This document shows, piece after piece, positions 40,011-52,946 of a stretch of 64,000 nt of DNA (the first letter of the stretch is position 1; every line of letters starts with the position of its first letter). The position numbers were made by a program, and so were the translations under genes. The notes beneath the pieces are model-generated. The model saw nothing but the letters and a program-made list of their open reading frames with translations, was not told the DNA's origin and did not search any database. The DNA is taken from contig CM120648.1 of assembly GCA_051362555.1 (NCBI GenBank), positions 11,280,587 through 11,344,586 of the forward strand, read 5' to 3'. Origin of the DNA: Lingula anatina. Lineage: Eukaryota > Animalia > Brachiopoda.

Positions 40011-41646
40011 GGTCGGCTAGACCGTCCTGTGCCTATCGGGTTGGGTGTTTAAAAATCGCTATAGATACCTTCTCAGGGCCCCCCTCGCGGATTTAGTTAC
40101 AAGTTTCACAGTACCCCCCCCCCCCCCCCAGAATATCTTGCACCGTGTCATTTAAAACATCCAACTCATCAATATATGTCTGGACCTCCTACGGGACGTT
40201 TCCGTCATACGGACTTATACCCGTGTAGGCCTTGTCTATTCTACTTTGTCTAATTATGTGGTGCTGCTTACCTTGAAGGTCCCTGGCCAAGATATCCAAT
40301 GTGTAGACTAATCTCTGCATTTTGGTTCCAGGCTGGATGGTAGCTTCTTCCTCGTTGTTGTGTCCCTTGGCCATCGTTAGTGCGTGTTCTTACAATTCTC
40401 ACGGAATATAACTGAAATCACTTTGTGCGAGCTTTTGCCAAATTTGTACTAGGTTCTTAGATATACAGTGGGTAAAATCTAAAGGCTAGGTTGTTGAGAT
40501 TGTGAATTTTATATGCTAAAATATTGTTTTTTCCTAGTCTTTTGTTTGATGGCTTGACACTATTTGGCAAAAATGTGAAATCACAAAACTGTTTTATGTT
40601 ATGCTTATCTAATATTATAGCTTGGAGGCACTTGTGATAAATTGTTGGTCTTAAATTAGATATTTCACATAACTTTTCATTTTCGCCTACATACTCACTA
40701 ATGAAGTTTTCATTGAAAGTGATCGGTGATTTGTCTGAATTTGGTTTGCCGAAATGTTCTGGAATGTTTGTTAGAATTGATGAATGGTTACTGGTTGCAT
40801 TTTTTGGGATCTCAAATGTTTGTTTTTAGAATTTGGTTCGAATCTGATGAGGAAAGGATTGGGATTTCCAGTGTTATTATGATAGAATTGTTGACTCTAT
40901 TGGTTGCAAATTTAGCGTGTTTGTAATAAAAATTTAAATCTCTGTGAATCTCAAAATTTTTCATGTGTGTTTGAAGTGTTGTCTGTATTTGTTGAAGTGA
41001 TTTTTCCAGTGTGTGAGGTAGAAACAACACTGGGGATAATCGGCCATGTGCCAGGTCATTTATGCCTAATATGGTGTTTCTTATTTCATTGTTTAGTTTA
41101 GCCGTTGTTGAACTTAGATGCATTAATTTAGTGAGCAGTTTTAAGTTGAATTCCATAGCATTCTCAATTTCTGTAAGGTCCCCCCCCCCCCAGTCAAAAC
41201 ATTTAAATTATGGTTGACCTCAATTTTTTTAACCTAGTTGTTTAGTCTATCATTTTGTCCATAAAAAATCGAATCAAATTGTTTTGGAAATTAAGTGAAA
41301 GTGGTGAGTGCTTTTTGTTGCTGAAAATATAATTTGTTCACATGACTGAATGTGATCACCTTGTTTAACTGACTTTCTGTCCCAACCCCAAACAAAGAAT
41401 TTGCCACATTGCCTACGATTGGGAGAACTGATCTTCTCGACCTATTATTTTTTGCAAGGGCCATCAAATGTTTTTCTAATTTGATAGTGAAGGGTCCTCA
41501 GCTCTGAGGCAGACTGGCTGTACATCCTTTTCCCTTCTTCAATCGCACTTTCTGCAAGTACACAATTCTCTTCCAACATTTGGCCCCTGCATGAATGCTT
41601 GTACGATGACCTTGCCAGTATTTCCGGCACATAAACCGTCATTGAG

Positions 41647-43540
41647 CAGGGCTTGGCATAACTTTTTTTGGAGTTGTTGTCCACAGGACAAGTTGACAAA
41701 AATTTTGGTTGTCCGGTTGTGATTTCTACTTGCCCGATGTCCAGGGAGAGGGAATATAACAACAGGAGTCTAACGTTTTCTATCTCATGTTTATTTCTCT
41801 CCCATACTGTTCATCTCTCTTTTGTCTATCTTACATACTTTTCCCCAATTTACTTTTATACTTATACATGCATATGCCTAACTAAATAGCTAAACATTAG
41901 ATTAAATTAAACTGCTAATGATACTCTGATTACAGAGTTTCATGACATAATGAAGTGTGATTAAAACAGAGGTTCATGATATAATCAGGTGGAAAGTTCT
42001 GAGATTAAGGACATAATCTGGGTGGTAAGTCATTTATGTGTTAATAATGAACCCTGGCACTGTGATTGCAAAAATGAAATAAATTGCAAAGAGATATCAG
42101 TATTACTTCTAAGATTTTGTTCAATTCTGTGTTTCAACTAAACAGCAAAGCTGGCAAATATATAGACACTCAACAAAAAGTGTTTTAATGCTAAGACTCA
42201 ATGCTGACTTTTTTTGTAATGACCAGCATTTTAACAAATGAAACTGAAATTGCAGTTGCTACTCGGGCTGCACCAAAACACTTAATGTGCTGTTTACTTT
42301 GTTCATGTGCAGGAAAGCCATCACACCTAAAGGCTTGGGTTCCGAGGTACATTGATGAAGATCTAAAAATAAGAAAAAAAAAATCATCACCTTAAAGATT
42401 ATGACAATTTGAGGGATATTTGTTTAGACTTTAAAAAAACTATATCATATGTTGCTGATTAAAGGTAGTTTTAACAGTGATAAGGTCATGATAGACAAAA
42501 AATGTGCATAACTTTCCTTTGAGTTGTACCCTGAGCTTCAGACTCAGAATATGGGCCGTCTTGTGAATTTATTCTTACCGCTATCTTGGCCCAATATGCG
42601 GGTAAGTAATGATGGCGACCAGTATAAAGTTTAAAACGCGATAAAAAACCCGCAACTGGCTTGAAGCTCAGGGTATTTGAGTCACCAACTGGACAAGCTG
42701 AATTTATTATCAAAACGGACTAAATAGTGTACAAAACTGATCTATGAACTAATAAGATGAAACACAAGAAAAAGCTAAAAACGTACGGGCGTTAATGTTT
42801 AAATATCTCAAGAACTGATAGTGACTACTGTCACGTACTGTAGTTGTTTTTACGTTGGCATAGATTTTTGCATTTTGGCGTTCAAAATAAAATGGAAACT
42901 TTACACTCAATAACTGTTTAAGTCAATAAATATGAAAGGATGTCTCTTACATAAAATGTTTCATAGATTTAAGAAATGACTTGAGAAGCTTTCATGTCTG
43001 CTAAGTCCAGAAACCTCCTGCAGGTTGCACAGAACATGGCTGACCAATCGTGCTCCAACAAGGGCCATTTACTTTTCCAGCTTTCAAGAAACTTTCTCAC
43101 CTTTTCCCCTCCCATTCCTTTTTATTATCTTCATTGCTGCTGTTCGGTCGCTTGCTGGCTTTTCCAGGTAGCCGGTTTGTGCTCGGCTGTAACTTCAGCA
43201 TCCTGTAACACGTGTATCGATTGTGACCCGGTTGAGACCGGATTGCGAGTGGGTGAGAAATGCACACCGATCATTCATAGACGTCGGAATGCGTAGAGTA
43301 CACGGATACGCAAGTAACGCAACCTTTGTGGTTCAATTTCAACGCTTTTTTAAGTGAAATTAATTTATTTCATTCTTAGTTACATTTAATATGTGTCATA
43401 ACCAGTTTTCTCTTGTTTACAGAGTATAAGCTTATTTTTAAACCACTTGTCCCGTCGGGCGGGTAACTTTGAAATTTACTTGTCCGATCAGAATTTTTTG
43501 TTGTCCCGGACAATCGGGCGGTGCCTTATGCCGAGCCCTG
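41647..43540. mobile_element. Non-autonomous hAT element with 5-bp TSD (hAT5-like)
   Basis: TIR CAGGGCT(T/C)GGCATAA, subterminal TTGTCC repeats, TTGAG at 41642-41646 and 43541-43545. Confidence 0.8.
42526..42675. mobile_element. Mini-MITE nested in the hAT element
   Basis: TACCCTGAGCTTCA/TGAAGCTCAGGGTA; imperfect TTTGAGT(T/C) duplication; same terminal motif as element at 47670. Confidence 0.6.
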
Positions 43541-44393
43541 TTGAGTGTAGCCAGTAGTCACTGATCAGTTTCACCCTCCCTTTTTCTTTTAACCTTATTC
43601 TGTAAGCCGGTATTCTACTAAAAAAGACCACTATGCGCTGGCCCTTCTCATGTATTTCCAACACAATTTTGTTGAATTGGGGCCACCCAACATGCTAGGT
43701 TTATAATATATTGTTACGCCTTCGCGGCCGAGTGCCTTATGAAGGTACAAATAACAATGTACTTACTGGGGTCTCAGAGTCAATAACAACAAGATGCAAG
43801 GTTGCTGGTTTTAAAGGCTACAAGAGCAAAGAGTCAAAGAGAGGCCGATTTATTTCAAGTCACACCTTATATACAACTTTAGATAGTACATTTTTACCAA
43901 TCAGAACCAATTATATAATGAACAGTTTTACCTTTAAGTTACCAATCACAGGAGAGATTCAAACGTGCGCACCGGACTGTACTTTACTTATAGAGACATC
44001 TATACATATATAGCTACCGGTAGCAATATAAAACAATCTCAACTAACACACTACATCGTCACACTCTCCCCCCTTTTGACGAACAAAACTACAATATAAA
44101 CCATAACTTTAAATTGTTAAACTAACAATTATAATTCAACAACTGAAATCTTACTTAATATTTAAAATAAGCAAGTAATGCAACTAGTTCATTCTTGAAA
44201 AGTCAATCAAGTCCATGTCTCAGCATATTTAAATGTTCATCTTTTGGAAAGCAAAACAGTTTTTAAAATCCATTTTCACTATAAATCAACTTTAAAGTAA
44301 ACAAATTGCTTTTAACTCAAAGTTGTTCAAAACAATATCATCAATGATAACATTGTCAATGTGAAGATATTCATCCATGCATCAAAGTAAATT

Positions 44394-44955
44394 CTATCCG
44401 CCGATACCAATGGCAACTGAGTTCACGTTCCTCTGACGAAAGTTTTTTAACAGATGATACAAAGTTCTCCAGTGAAACAAAGTCAACAAAGAATTCAGAA
44501 TCTCCGTCTTGGGCTCCATACCATTTTCATAAATGTATATTTTCACAAAGTTAATTTCCTCCTCGGAACATTTACATGTATCTGGCAACATTATTAGTCC
44601 TTTACTTTGCACATAGTCCATCAGTTCCCATATATTTCTCATATTTAATGTCAAGATCAAGAAATATATAAATCCATTCACCAACTGGATCCACAGTTTT
44701 TCCTCGAATTCACCAGTTCCACACGAATGAACACAACTCGATATTGTCAGTCATCCAATCAATTCCTTTATCTAACAATAGTCCTTCCTTAAGTAGTGTC
44801 CCCATATGAATTGAGAGTCTAGACTGGTATAAAGTTTGTGGTGTAAAGTTTTTAATGGCTATATGGAATAGAGTTTCGGGTTGCTCAATCCATTCTTTAC
44901 ACCATTCATATTCTTTTTCTTGTAATATACCCATCATATTTGTTTCATCTATGGT
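44394..44955 (-). pseudogene. Extra ORF between integrase and 3' LTR (frameshifted)
   Basis: ORFs 44937-44710 and 44684-44394; in-frame splice acceptor ctaat...tttctttatttag at 44956. Confidence 0.45.
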
Positions 44956-46182
44956 CTAAATAAAGAAATACAAATGATTAGAATAAATTCCTTCTATTTC
45001 AGCACTGCCGAAAATTAAAGGAAGTATTTATATACAACTATATCTTAACTAATAAAAATATACATCCACATAATCATTCTAAGGTAAAATTTCTTAAATG
45101 AGATGGCATCTTAATTTGTCTACCAAGTCTAGATCTTTTTACAATTGGTTCCACCAACGGTGGTTCATTCAAACAAAAATCACTCTCTCTTTCAACAAAT
45201 TTTCTCAATCAATCTAGAACGTGACATTGTTGACGACTATATGTCTGTAAATTTTAAGAAATGTGGAGTATTGATTTCATGGGTAAACAAGAGTGACTGA
45301 CATAATTTGTCCTTGTCTCGTCTTTCTGTTGCGTTCAAAATATTACCAAACATAAAAATGATAAAATTTAATTAGTGAGATAGATATATTTAATAAAGTA
45401 TTTCAAATGCAAAATGAAATTGTACATTCATAGCATTAGATTTTGACCTTCAAACCATGATATATCATCTCACAACTTGTATTTCTGTATTATAATGCAA
45501 CTACAGATACATATAGTAGCTCAAGCTATGACATGATATTGATACAAGACATTTGAACAAGTAAAAAACTAGCAAACTTATTTTCGTTTGCACATTTACC
45601 TCGATGCTGTTATTCTCCATGATCTTTCTTCATGCCACACTCAAGTTCTGACACTTCCTTCTCTGTGACCTACCAACATCAATGCAAGGTTATGAGGGAG
45701 TGAAAAAAACAATTATGCTAACATAATGATGCTAACATTCTTGGCAAACACTGTTTTGATTGTCTACCTCATCTACACTTAGTTACGTCAACTGTCATTG
45801 GCATAAAACACGCATCAACCCTTGTTTCTCCTTTACAAATTTGTGTTGACACTTAAGTCATGTGTTAAATGTCGGACCTGGTACATGAAATTTGATTACC
45901 GAAACGAACGGTCCTTTATTGACTAGGAGTGCCTACAATAAACATATTTTAAACATAAATACCTTCATTATATTCTCGGAATATGGAAATATGCAATGAC
46001 AATATCATTATCTTGAAATATAGTAATAAATTAGACATATAAGTAGTGTGGAACTAGCCGCCGCTTACACCTGGCTTTTGACAGGGAGCTCACACAGAAA
46101 CCCATATTTTACGGGAAGATTCGAGCGCGAAACCTTCAATGTTAGTGATACAATTGACACATTTATAAGAAAATACACTAAC

Positions 46183-46283
46183 CTTTCTATCAAATCCTGT
46201 TTCTTTCCTCTTGTGGAGGCTCCTCTTTCAACTAGTTGAAGTTTTAACTTCGCCACCGTTTGCTTCCCATACTCTAGAGCCAT
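46183..46283 (-). pseudogene. SAP-domain first exon within a ~1.1-kb insertion in the integrase tail
   Basis: MALEYGKQTVAKLKLQLVERGASTRGKKQDLIER fits SAP consensus; donor GTTAGT. Confidence 0.7.
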
Positions 46284-46394
46284 TTCTACACGGAAGCGAA
46301 AACGAGGCTATCTTCAATAACCACTATTACTGCAGCTCCCTCTTTAGGACAAACGGCTCCACGTATAGCCCCATTGTATAGAGAAGTGGGGATG

Positions 46395-47640
46395 CTTTGA
46401 TAACATCATATGGTCCTCTATATAAGGGTCTAAGTTTCTTACTTTCTCCCTTTTTATGACTTTATCCCTTAAATATACCTTCTGACCACAAGTATATTCA
46501 CTCTCTCTCAACTTTGCATCGTACAGTTGTTTTTGACGTTTCTGCACACATTTCAATTTTTCTCTAGCCATTTCATGTGATCTATTTAGGCTTTCACTCA
46601 AGTTTCTTAACCATTCATGAGTCTCATATGGTATCAAATTTTCATTCACACAACATGTTAGTAAATGCAATGGCATAAAAACTTCTCTCCCTAACATCAT
46701 CATGTTAGGAGTAAACCCTGTAGATGCATTCACAGTTGAATGTAATGCCATAACTAATTGAGGTAAATCTCTATCCCAATATCTCACATTCCCTTCTACA
46801 TTACATCTAATCATCTGTGTATTAATACCCATGCATCTTTCAACTTAATTGTCCATTAGCACTTGCTCTAAAACCAGTTGTTCTAAGTTGTTTGATTTCT
46901 AAAAGACTACAGTTTGTACACAAATTTCTAAATAAACTACTTTGAAAATTTGAACCTTGATCAGTATATATCTCTTGTGGACAACCAAAAGTAACTATGA
47001 ATTTTTCAAAAAATGCTTTTGCTACTAATTCAGCTGTCTGATTTGGCTATGCCACACACTCTATCCACTTAGTAAACTAGTGATCTATCATAACCAAAAT
47101 ATAAGAATTCCCAAATTCGCTTTGTGTAAATGGTCCAAGTATGTCTAAATGAACCTTTTTCATAGGAAATCCTGCATGATGTAATTTCATTTTGGCTTTT
47201 GGTCGTAGTACTATGCTTGTTTTTATTGCAAAGTTCACATGAACTTACATACAATTTACAGTCTCTATATTCATTCCATGCCACTTGAATGATTGTTTGA
47301 GTTTTTGCAAAGTTTTCTCATAAGCAAAATGACCAGCTGATTTTGAATCATGGCAGAAAAATAAAACTTCATTGACCAAATCTTTTGGTATAATTAAACA
47401 CAAATTTCTATCCTCTCTCTTTTCCCATTTGTAATATAACACATCATTCAAAAGAATCAATTGCTCTTTGCAATTCCACAATTCTTTCACTGCCATACTA
47501 CAAGTATAACTCTGACTCTTTAGGTTCACCATTCTCTAACCAACCTATGATTATTTTCAAATCTGCATCTTTTCTCTGCAATTTTTTCAAGTCATATCCT
47601 TTCAACCAATTGCATAATTCATCTCTTTCATTCTTATCAG
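46395..47640 (-). pseudogene. Gypsy integrase (HHCC, core, GPY/F), frameshifted
   Basis: CHDSKSAGH...CELC, HLDILGPF, YTDQGSNF, STGFTPNMMMLGRE, YRGPY; tail RSRLGRQIKMPSHL resumes at ~45140-45090. Confidence 0.9.
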
Positions 47641-47669
47641 TTTTATCATTTGTATCAGCCCTCTGACAC

Positions 47670-48283
47670 CACCCTGAGCTTCAGAGCTAACTTGACACTA
47701 ACCTTTTCACTGTAGCCTATCTCCATCGTGTCAAGTAACCTCTGACCAGATTCGAGTGCCCCCGCCGCCCGCCAATCAAATTTAAAGCCCGCACTCAATG
47801 ACTCATTGAACGATCTAGCCAATGAACGCGAACGAGTCAAAGCGCGCTTTGTTCAAATCCGGACCAATCAAAGATAAGGCTGAATATCAGGGACTTGCCG
47901 TAACCTGTGGGCAGCACGCAAAATACATCATCCCTCAGTAGATAATGATGCAGGGCATCATACTGCTCTGGTTTCAATTCCGATATACTCCATGCTTTCT
48001 TTGTGTACGGTTATGCACTCGGAACCACTCGGAACTACTCGGATGTCTCCGCACTCGACAATAACTATGTTGTTAGTATGGAGCTTGCGGAATCAGCCGA
48101 GGATTGCCGATTGACGATCAACCAATCAGCGTTTTCACCAAACTTTGGTGAAAAATTTTGAAACATGGATTCGATTGGCTTATATAAAATAGGTCAAACT
48201 ATTTTCGTCAGAGGTTACTTGACACGATGGAGATAGGCTACAGTGAAAAGGTTAGTGTCAAGTTAGCTCTGAAGCTCAGGGTG
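47670..48283. mobile_element. MITE with perfect ~77-bp TIRs and 8-bp TSD (hAT/P-like)
   Basis: TIR CACCCTGAGCTTCAGAGCTAACTTGACAC...CCTCTGAC; TCTGACAC at 47662-47669 and 48284-48291. Confidence 0.9.
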
Positions 48284-48499
48284 TCTGACACCGAATGAAC
48301 TGAATTTTTCACAATTTGTTTCATTCTTCATATCACCAATTGCATTCGATTCAACTACATTGTCATCTGATTTCTTAGCTCAACTAACACACTACATCGT
48401 CACACTATAGCCTGCATTATCTAGTGTGCTTCTGAAATGCCCTGAAAGCTGTTCAATTTTGTCATTTCATTAAAGATGCTTTGCTATTATGGAGTATTA

Positions 48500-48700
48500 A
48501 AAACATTTGCAAGGCTTCCAAAGTAAACCCGTGGAAAGTTATTTCAAATCACGGTTGTTTTTGCAAAGGAACAAACCACATGTTCTTCAGACTGAATCTC
48601 CTCACATATACACATTGTCAAATGGTCTTCCCTGCAAATCTTTGCCCACCTTCCTTTATTTCCAAACAAATTATGCACAGACAGATTAAGGCTTGCTGTT
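48500..48700 (-). mobile_element. LINE (CR1/L2-group-like) ORF2 C-terminal remnant
   Basis: LSVHNL...GRWAKICREDHL..C.CEEIQSEEHVVC resembles the terminal CCHC region. Confidence 0.5.
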
Positions 48701-50224
48701 GCTAGCTGGCTTAATTTTTTTTTTTTTTTTGCACTGTCAGTGTGCCATCGTAAATTTCATGCACAATTAGCTCTGAGTTTATATAATTGAACAATCTAAA
48801 TTTACTACCCTCTACCAGTGGTACTAGTAATTTGTCTTTGAATGTCAGTATTACAGATATTTGATTTGGTGTCTATAAACTCTTAAACTGTTTATAACCT
48901 TGTCTTTTTGTGATGACACATTATACTGTCTATATAATGAATATTTTATTTCACAAATCTGTCAGCATGAATTTAAGTGGAAAGGTTCCTTTTTACTGTC
49001 TTCCAGGTGCCTTTATCTATCCTAGTTGATTAAACAAATCACCAAGTTAGATAAAACTCTGAAAGCAATTGTTTCTTAAATACCTGTTTCCCAATAATTC
49101 CAACAACTCTTATAACGAGCTATTTTCTTTAAAAAATTATAGGTTTGAAGGGAAGCATGCTATTTGATCCTGTTGCTTCCTTAGAGGGCATTGTGAGTGC
49201 ATGGGCCATTTTGGTGTAGTAGCATACAACAGTACATGCATACAGATTGCCCCTTTCTGACTGTGACGTAGGTCGAGTTAAATCTATCCTAATGTACTGG
49301 AAAATTAAAAATAAAAATAAAAATACAGTATTTTATACAGTTAATTTAATGTGAACTTCTTTAAGGTTAATTTGATGTTGAAAATAAGTACAAAATAAAG
49401 ATGTTTATATTTCCAGTCGTAATCTTTCTTTGTTAACAAAAGGTATGATGATAAAGTATAAAGATGCAAATTTTTGCAATATTGATTTTACCTATGCTAA
49501 GAAAATTGTCTTGTTTACCATCTGCCGTACCTCAGGTTAATTGACAGGTTTTGGGATAAGTATAGTGGAAAGCCATTGTTGCTCTTTTTGTTAACCCTCA
49601 GCAGGCATCCGTCACATTTTGACATAACTTTGCTTCCATTGCCAACGATGTTTGGCTAATTAATATCTTTTTTCCACTTTAGCCAGTGTCTTATCTCACC
49701 CAAGGTGGCCACCTAAGACGTAAAAGAAAATAATTGAAATGCACAATTTTATACACAATTTTGACATTTGCCAATTTCAGGTATCAAATAACAGGATAAA
49801 ACAGAAATGTCCATATGGTGTTGTGGACACTCATAATCTCTTGTTTAAAGTTTTTATTAATACGTATCAAGAAGGTATGCATTTCGCATTTCCAAAACTC
49901 CTTCCATGTCTTCAATGTTCCACACAAGCGAGCTCATTTCTGTAGAAGTCATAGTTTGTGTAATTTATGAGGAACGGTTTTCGGCAATAAAGACACTCCC
50001 TGTTGAAGAGGCTACTGAAGGTCTCCACCACGACACTCTTAATTGTAGAAAGTACCCAAACGATCTTCACACCACTGGGCTGCGAAGCTCACCGATCAGC
50101 ATTCAGGTCCGACATCTATTACACAATCATCCAATCTGATGAGAATTTTTTTTGCAAATCTCCCGGACAGGCCCCCATGTGTCAAAGATTGCTTTTATCA
50201 GTAAATGCAATCTGTGACAAATGC

Positions 50225-50912
50225 ATTATGGGAAGACATTGACATTATGGCACTAACAATTGCTGTTATATTATGGGATGACATACTGAAGATTCAACAG
50301 TTGCTTTTTTATGAGATCTTAACCATTGTGACATCAACAATTACTGTTGTATTATGAACAACTTTGGCCATTTTGACATCAACAATTGGTGTTGTTGAAT
50401 TATTGGAATGCATTTAAATTGTGACTGGGCTTCATCTCCCAGTCGCTGCATTGCTGGGATAATCCATTGTGTTCAAACTACTGCTGTTGTATTATGGGAA
50501 GACACTGAACATTGTGACATCAACAATTGTTGTTGTATTATGGGAAGACACTGAACATTGTGACATCAACAATTGTTGTTGTATTATGGGAAGACACTGA
50601 ACATTCTGACATCAACAATTGCTGTTGTGTTATCAGAATACATTGAACATTGTGAAACAACAGTTGATGTTATTATGGGAAGACATTGAACATTGTGACA
50701 TAACAGTTCCTGTTGTGTTATTGGAATACATTGAGCATTGTGACATCAACAACTGCAGTTGTATTATGGGAATACATTGAACATTATGACATCAACAGTT
50801 GATGTTGTGTTATCAGAAGGCATTGAACATTGTGACATCAACAATTGATGTTGTGTTATTGGAATACATTGAACATTGTGACATCAACAATTGATGTTGT
50901 GTTATCGGCAGA
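50225..50912 (+). repeat. 46-bp minisatellite (~14 degenerate copies; related block ~51430-51710)
   Basis: GTATTATGGG at 50489, 50535, 50581 (period 46). Confidence 0.9.
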
Positions 50913-52654
50913 CATATGCTTTCATGTTTGTTTAAATTAAGTATGAAGATTAAGTTATTTTTTCTGATTTTCAGTTGAAGGGATTAGAAGTGGTACATGT
51001 ATGAAGATGATATAGAGAAGATGAACGCAGGGAACTAGTGCATAGAATTTCCATCCACAGTGATTGCAGCTTTGGTCACCCCATTCTTCACAGACCCATT
51101 TGAGAGAACCCCCCTTTATGCTGGGAAAAGATCCCCTCTGGGTAAAATTTTATGTAGGTACTCGTGTAGGTTTCATGGAAAAGGTCTAGTTTTTCAGAAA
51201 AAGAAACCCCCCTTTTTGAAATTTGTGGCTACAGGCCTGCTTCAGTCCTGTTATTAAGGGTGCTCTGAATGCCAAAACCACCACTGTGCTGTAAACAGGT
51301 GCATTCATACACAACTTGTCAAGGATTTGAGGAAAAACAGTTAAGAGTATCATGGTCACTGTACTACCACATAAAAATTATCAAATATTTTTTTTAATAA
51401 ATAGAAATAAAAAAAACAAGAAACAAGTAAAGCTGTCCATGGCATACATTGCTATGGTATACATTGAACATTGTAATGTCAATGATTGCATTTGTATAAT
51501 GGGAACACAAATAATCATTGTATTATGAAAAGACACAGACATTGTGGTATCAGGGATTGCTGTTGAATCATCGGAATATATTGACATTGTTACTTCAGTA
51601 ATTGCTGTTATATATAAGATAGCATTGACATGGTTACTTAAACAATTGCTATTGTATTATGGGAGTAAATTGACGATTGTGGCATCAACAGTTGCAGTTG
51701 AATTATGGGAGTAATTCTTTATTTGCACCTTTGTGGTATAGGAAGATGACACTGAAGTCAGGCAACTATGGTTTGCTGAACAAAGAAGATTGGGTGAAAT
51801 ACACAAGCACAAGTATGATGCTGCACTGCTTTGGGCAACTGAATTTGTAGAGGATCATCCTTACTTAAATATGTATTTTTAAAGAATTCATTATATTGAC
51901 AGCTCTTAGATGAGCCATGCGCCATTATTAGTACTGGAATAAATCATATTTGAAATGAAAAAACACGGGTTGTTTTTTTTTATTATTTCTAAATTGTTTT
52001 ATTGCTTCTTTATTGATATTCTATTGTAAATATGTACATGTACATAAAGTCGCTGCATAAATGAGCAAGTACAAATCCAGCGCTTCTTTTTTTTATTAAA
52101 CTGAATCCTACAAACATGCCTTTGCTAGCTTTTTGTAGAGATGGCATTACTACGTAAGGGCAATCGACACGAGTAATTAAGGGGCCATTCTGGGGGAGGG
52201 GGGGGGGGAAGGAAGGGGAAAGTAGGCTTCGTATCCGCGGCCTGTCATTCCTAAAAACCGGAACCCCTTTCATATTATCCTAGATCCACCCCTGTATATT
52301 TATTTGTTGACATTAAATGATAATTGCTCCTTTTGAGCCAGATACTTTTCAATTATTTTCCCCAGACTCTAACCGACTAGAGGATGACAGGGGCGAGTGA
52401 AAGTTTGCAATCTTATGGTATTTTAGTCTTAAAACATCAAAAAGTTTTATATTGGGTTTGTAATGATTCACATGCTAAAATACCTTTTTATTAAACTGTT
52501 GACATTTAATATGAAAGTTCAAACTATTCATTTACAAGTACTCAGTACAAAATGACTTTCGTTCAAATTAACTTCATCTTCCACCGAGATTTGCCACTCA
52601 GGGTATACAGCTGTAGCCACTTATTGTACAATACCCTGAAAATATGTAAACTGA

Positions 52655-52946
52655 GGGGCCATTCAGAATAGAAGATCCGAGTATCAACTGGTCTAAGGCT
52701 CAATATGGCGGACCCTACAGGAAAGGAAGACCGCTTAATCCTGTAATAGTCTCTTCGCCTCTAACACTCCCCACGCGTCTGGTCGAATGGAGTCGAGATT
52801 TAATTACTGTGCCCCTGCAAGGACGCTGCGTGGGGAGGCGTGTGAGAGGCGGAGAGACAGGATTAGCGGTCTTCCTTTCATGCAGGTTGGCCATATTTTA
52901 GCCGTTGACCAGTTGGCACTCAGCTCTACTCATTCTGAATGGCCCC
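52655..52946. mobile_element. Old foldback MITE, Harbinger-like
   Basis: ~125-bp imperfect inverted arms GGGGCC...GGCCCC, TGA on both sides. Confidence 0.65.

Larger units (their letters stand above)
40400..43690 (-). pseudogene. Envelope (baculovirus F/errantivirus env-like) gene remnant, split by a hAT insertion
   Basis: RSRR furin site (41443-41432) followed by SVLPIVGNVANSLFGVGT fusion peptide; GRLSP..L..I, FYY, ITLEIP; Cys region CLQAII..FCDF; frameshifted; extent upstream of the hAT is tentative. Confidence 0.7.
43712..48404 (-). mobile_element. Internally deleted Gypsy LTR retrotransposon
   Basis: 3' LTR 44063-43712 (TGTGACG...CGTAACA) preceded by PPT AAAAGGGGGGAGAG; 5' LTR stub 48404-48379 identical to LTR start; flanks ATAT/CTAT (3/4); gag, PR and RT missing. 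Confidence 0.8.

Noticed and set aside
49860-50240. Coding-like segment on minus strand
   Set aside because: Multiple stops, no recognisable family
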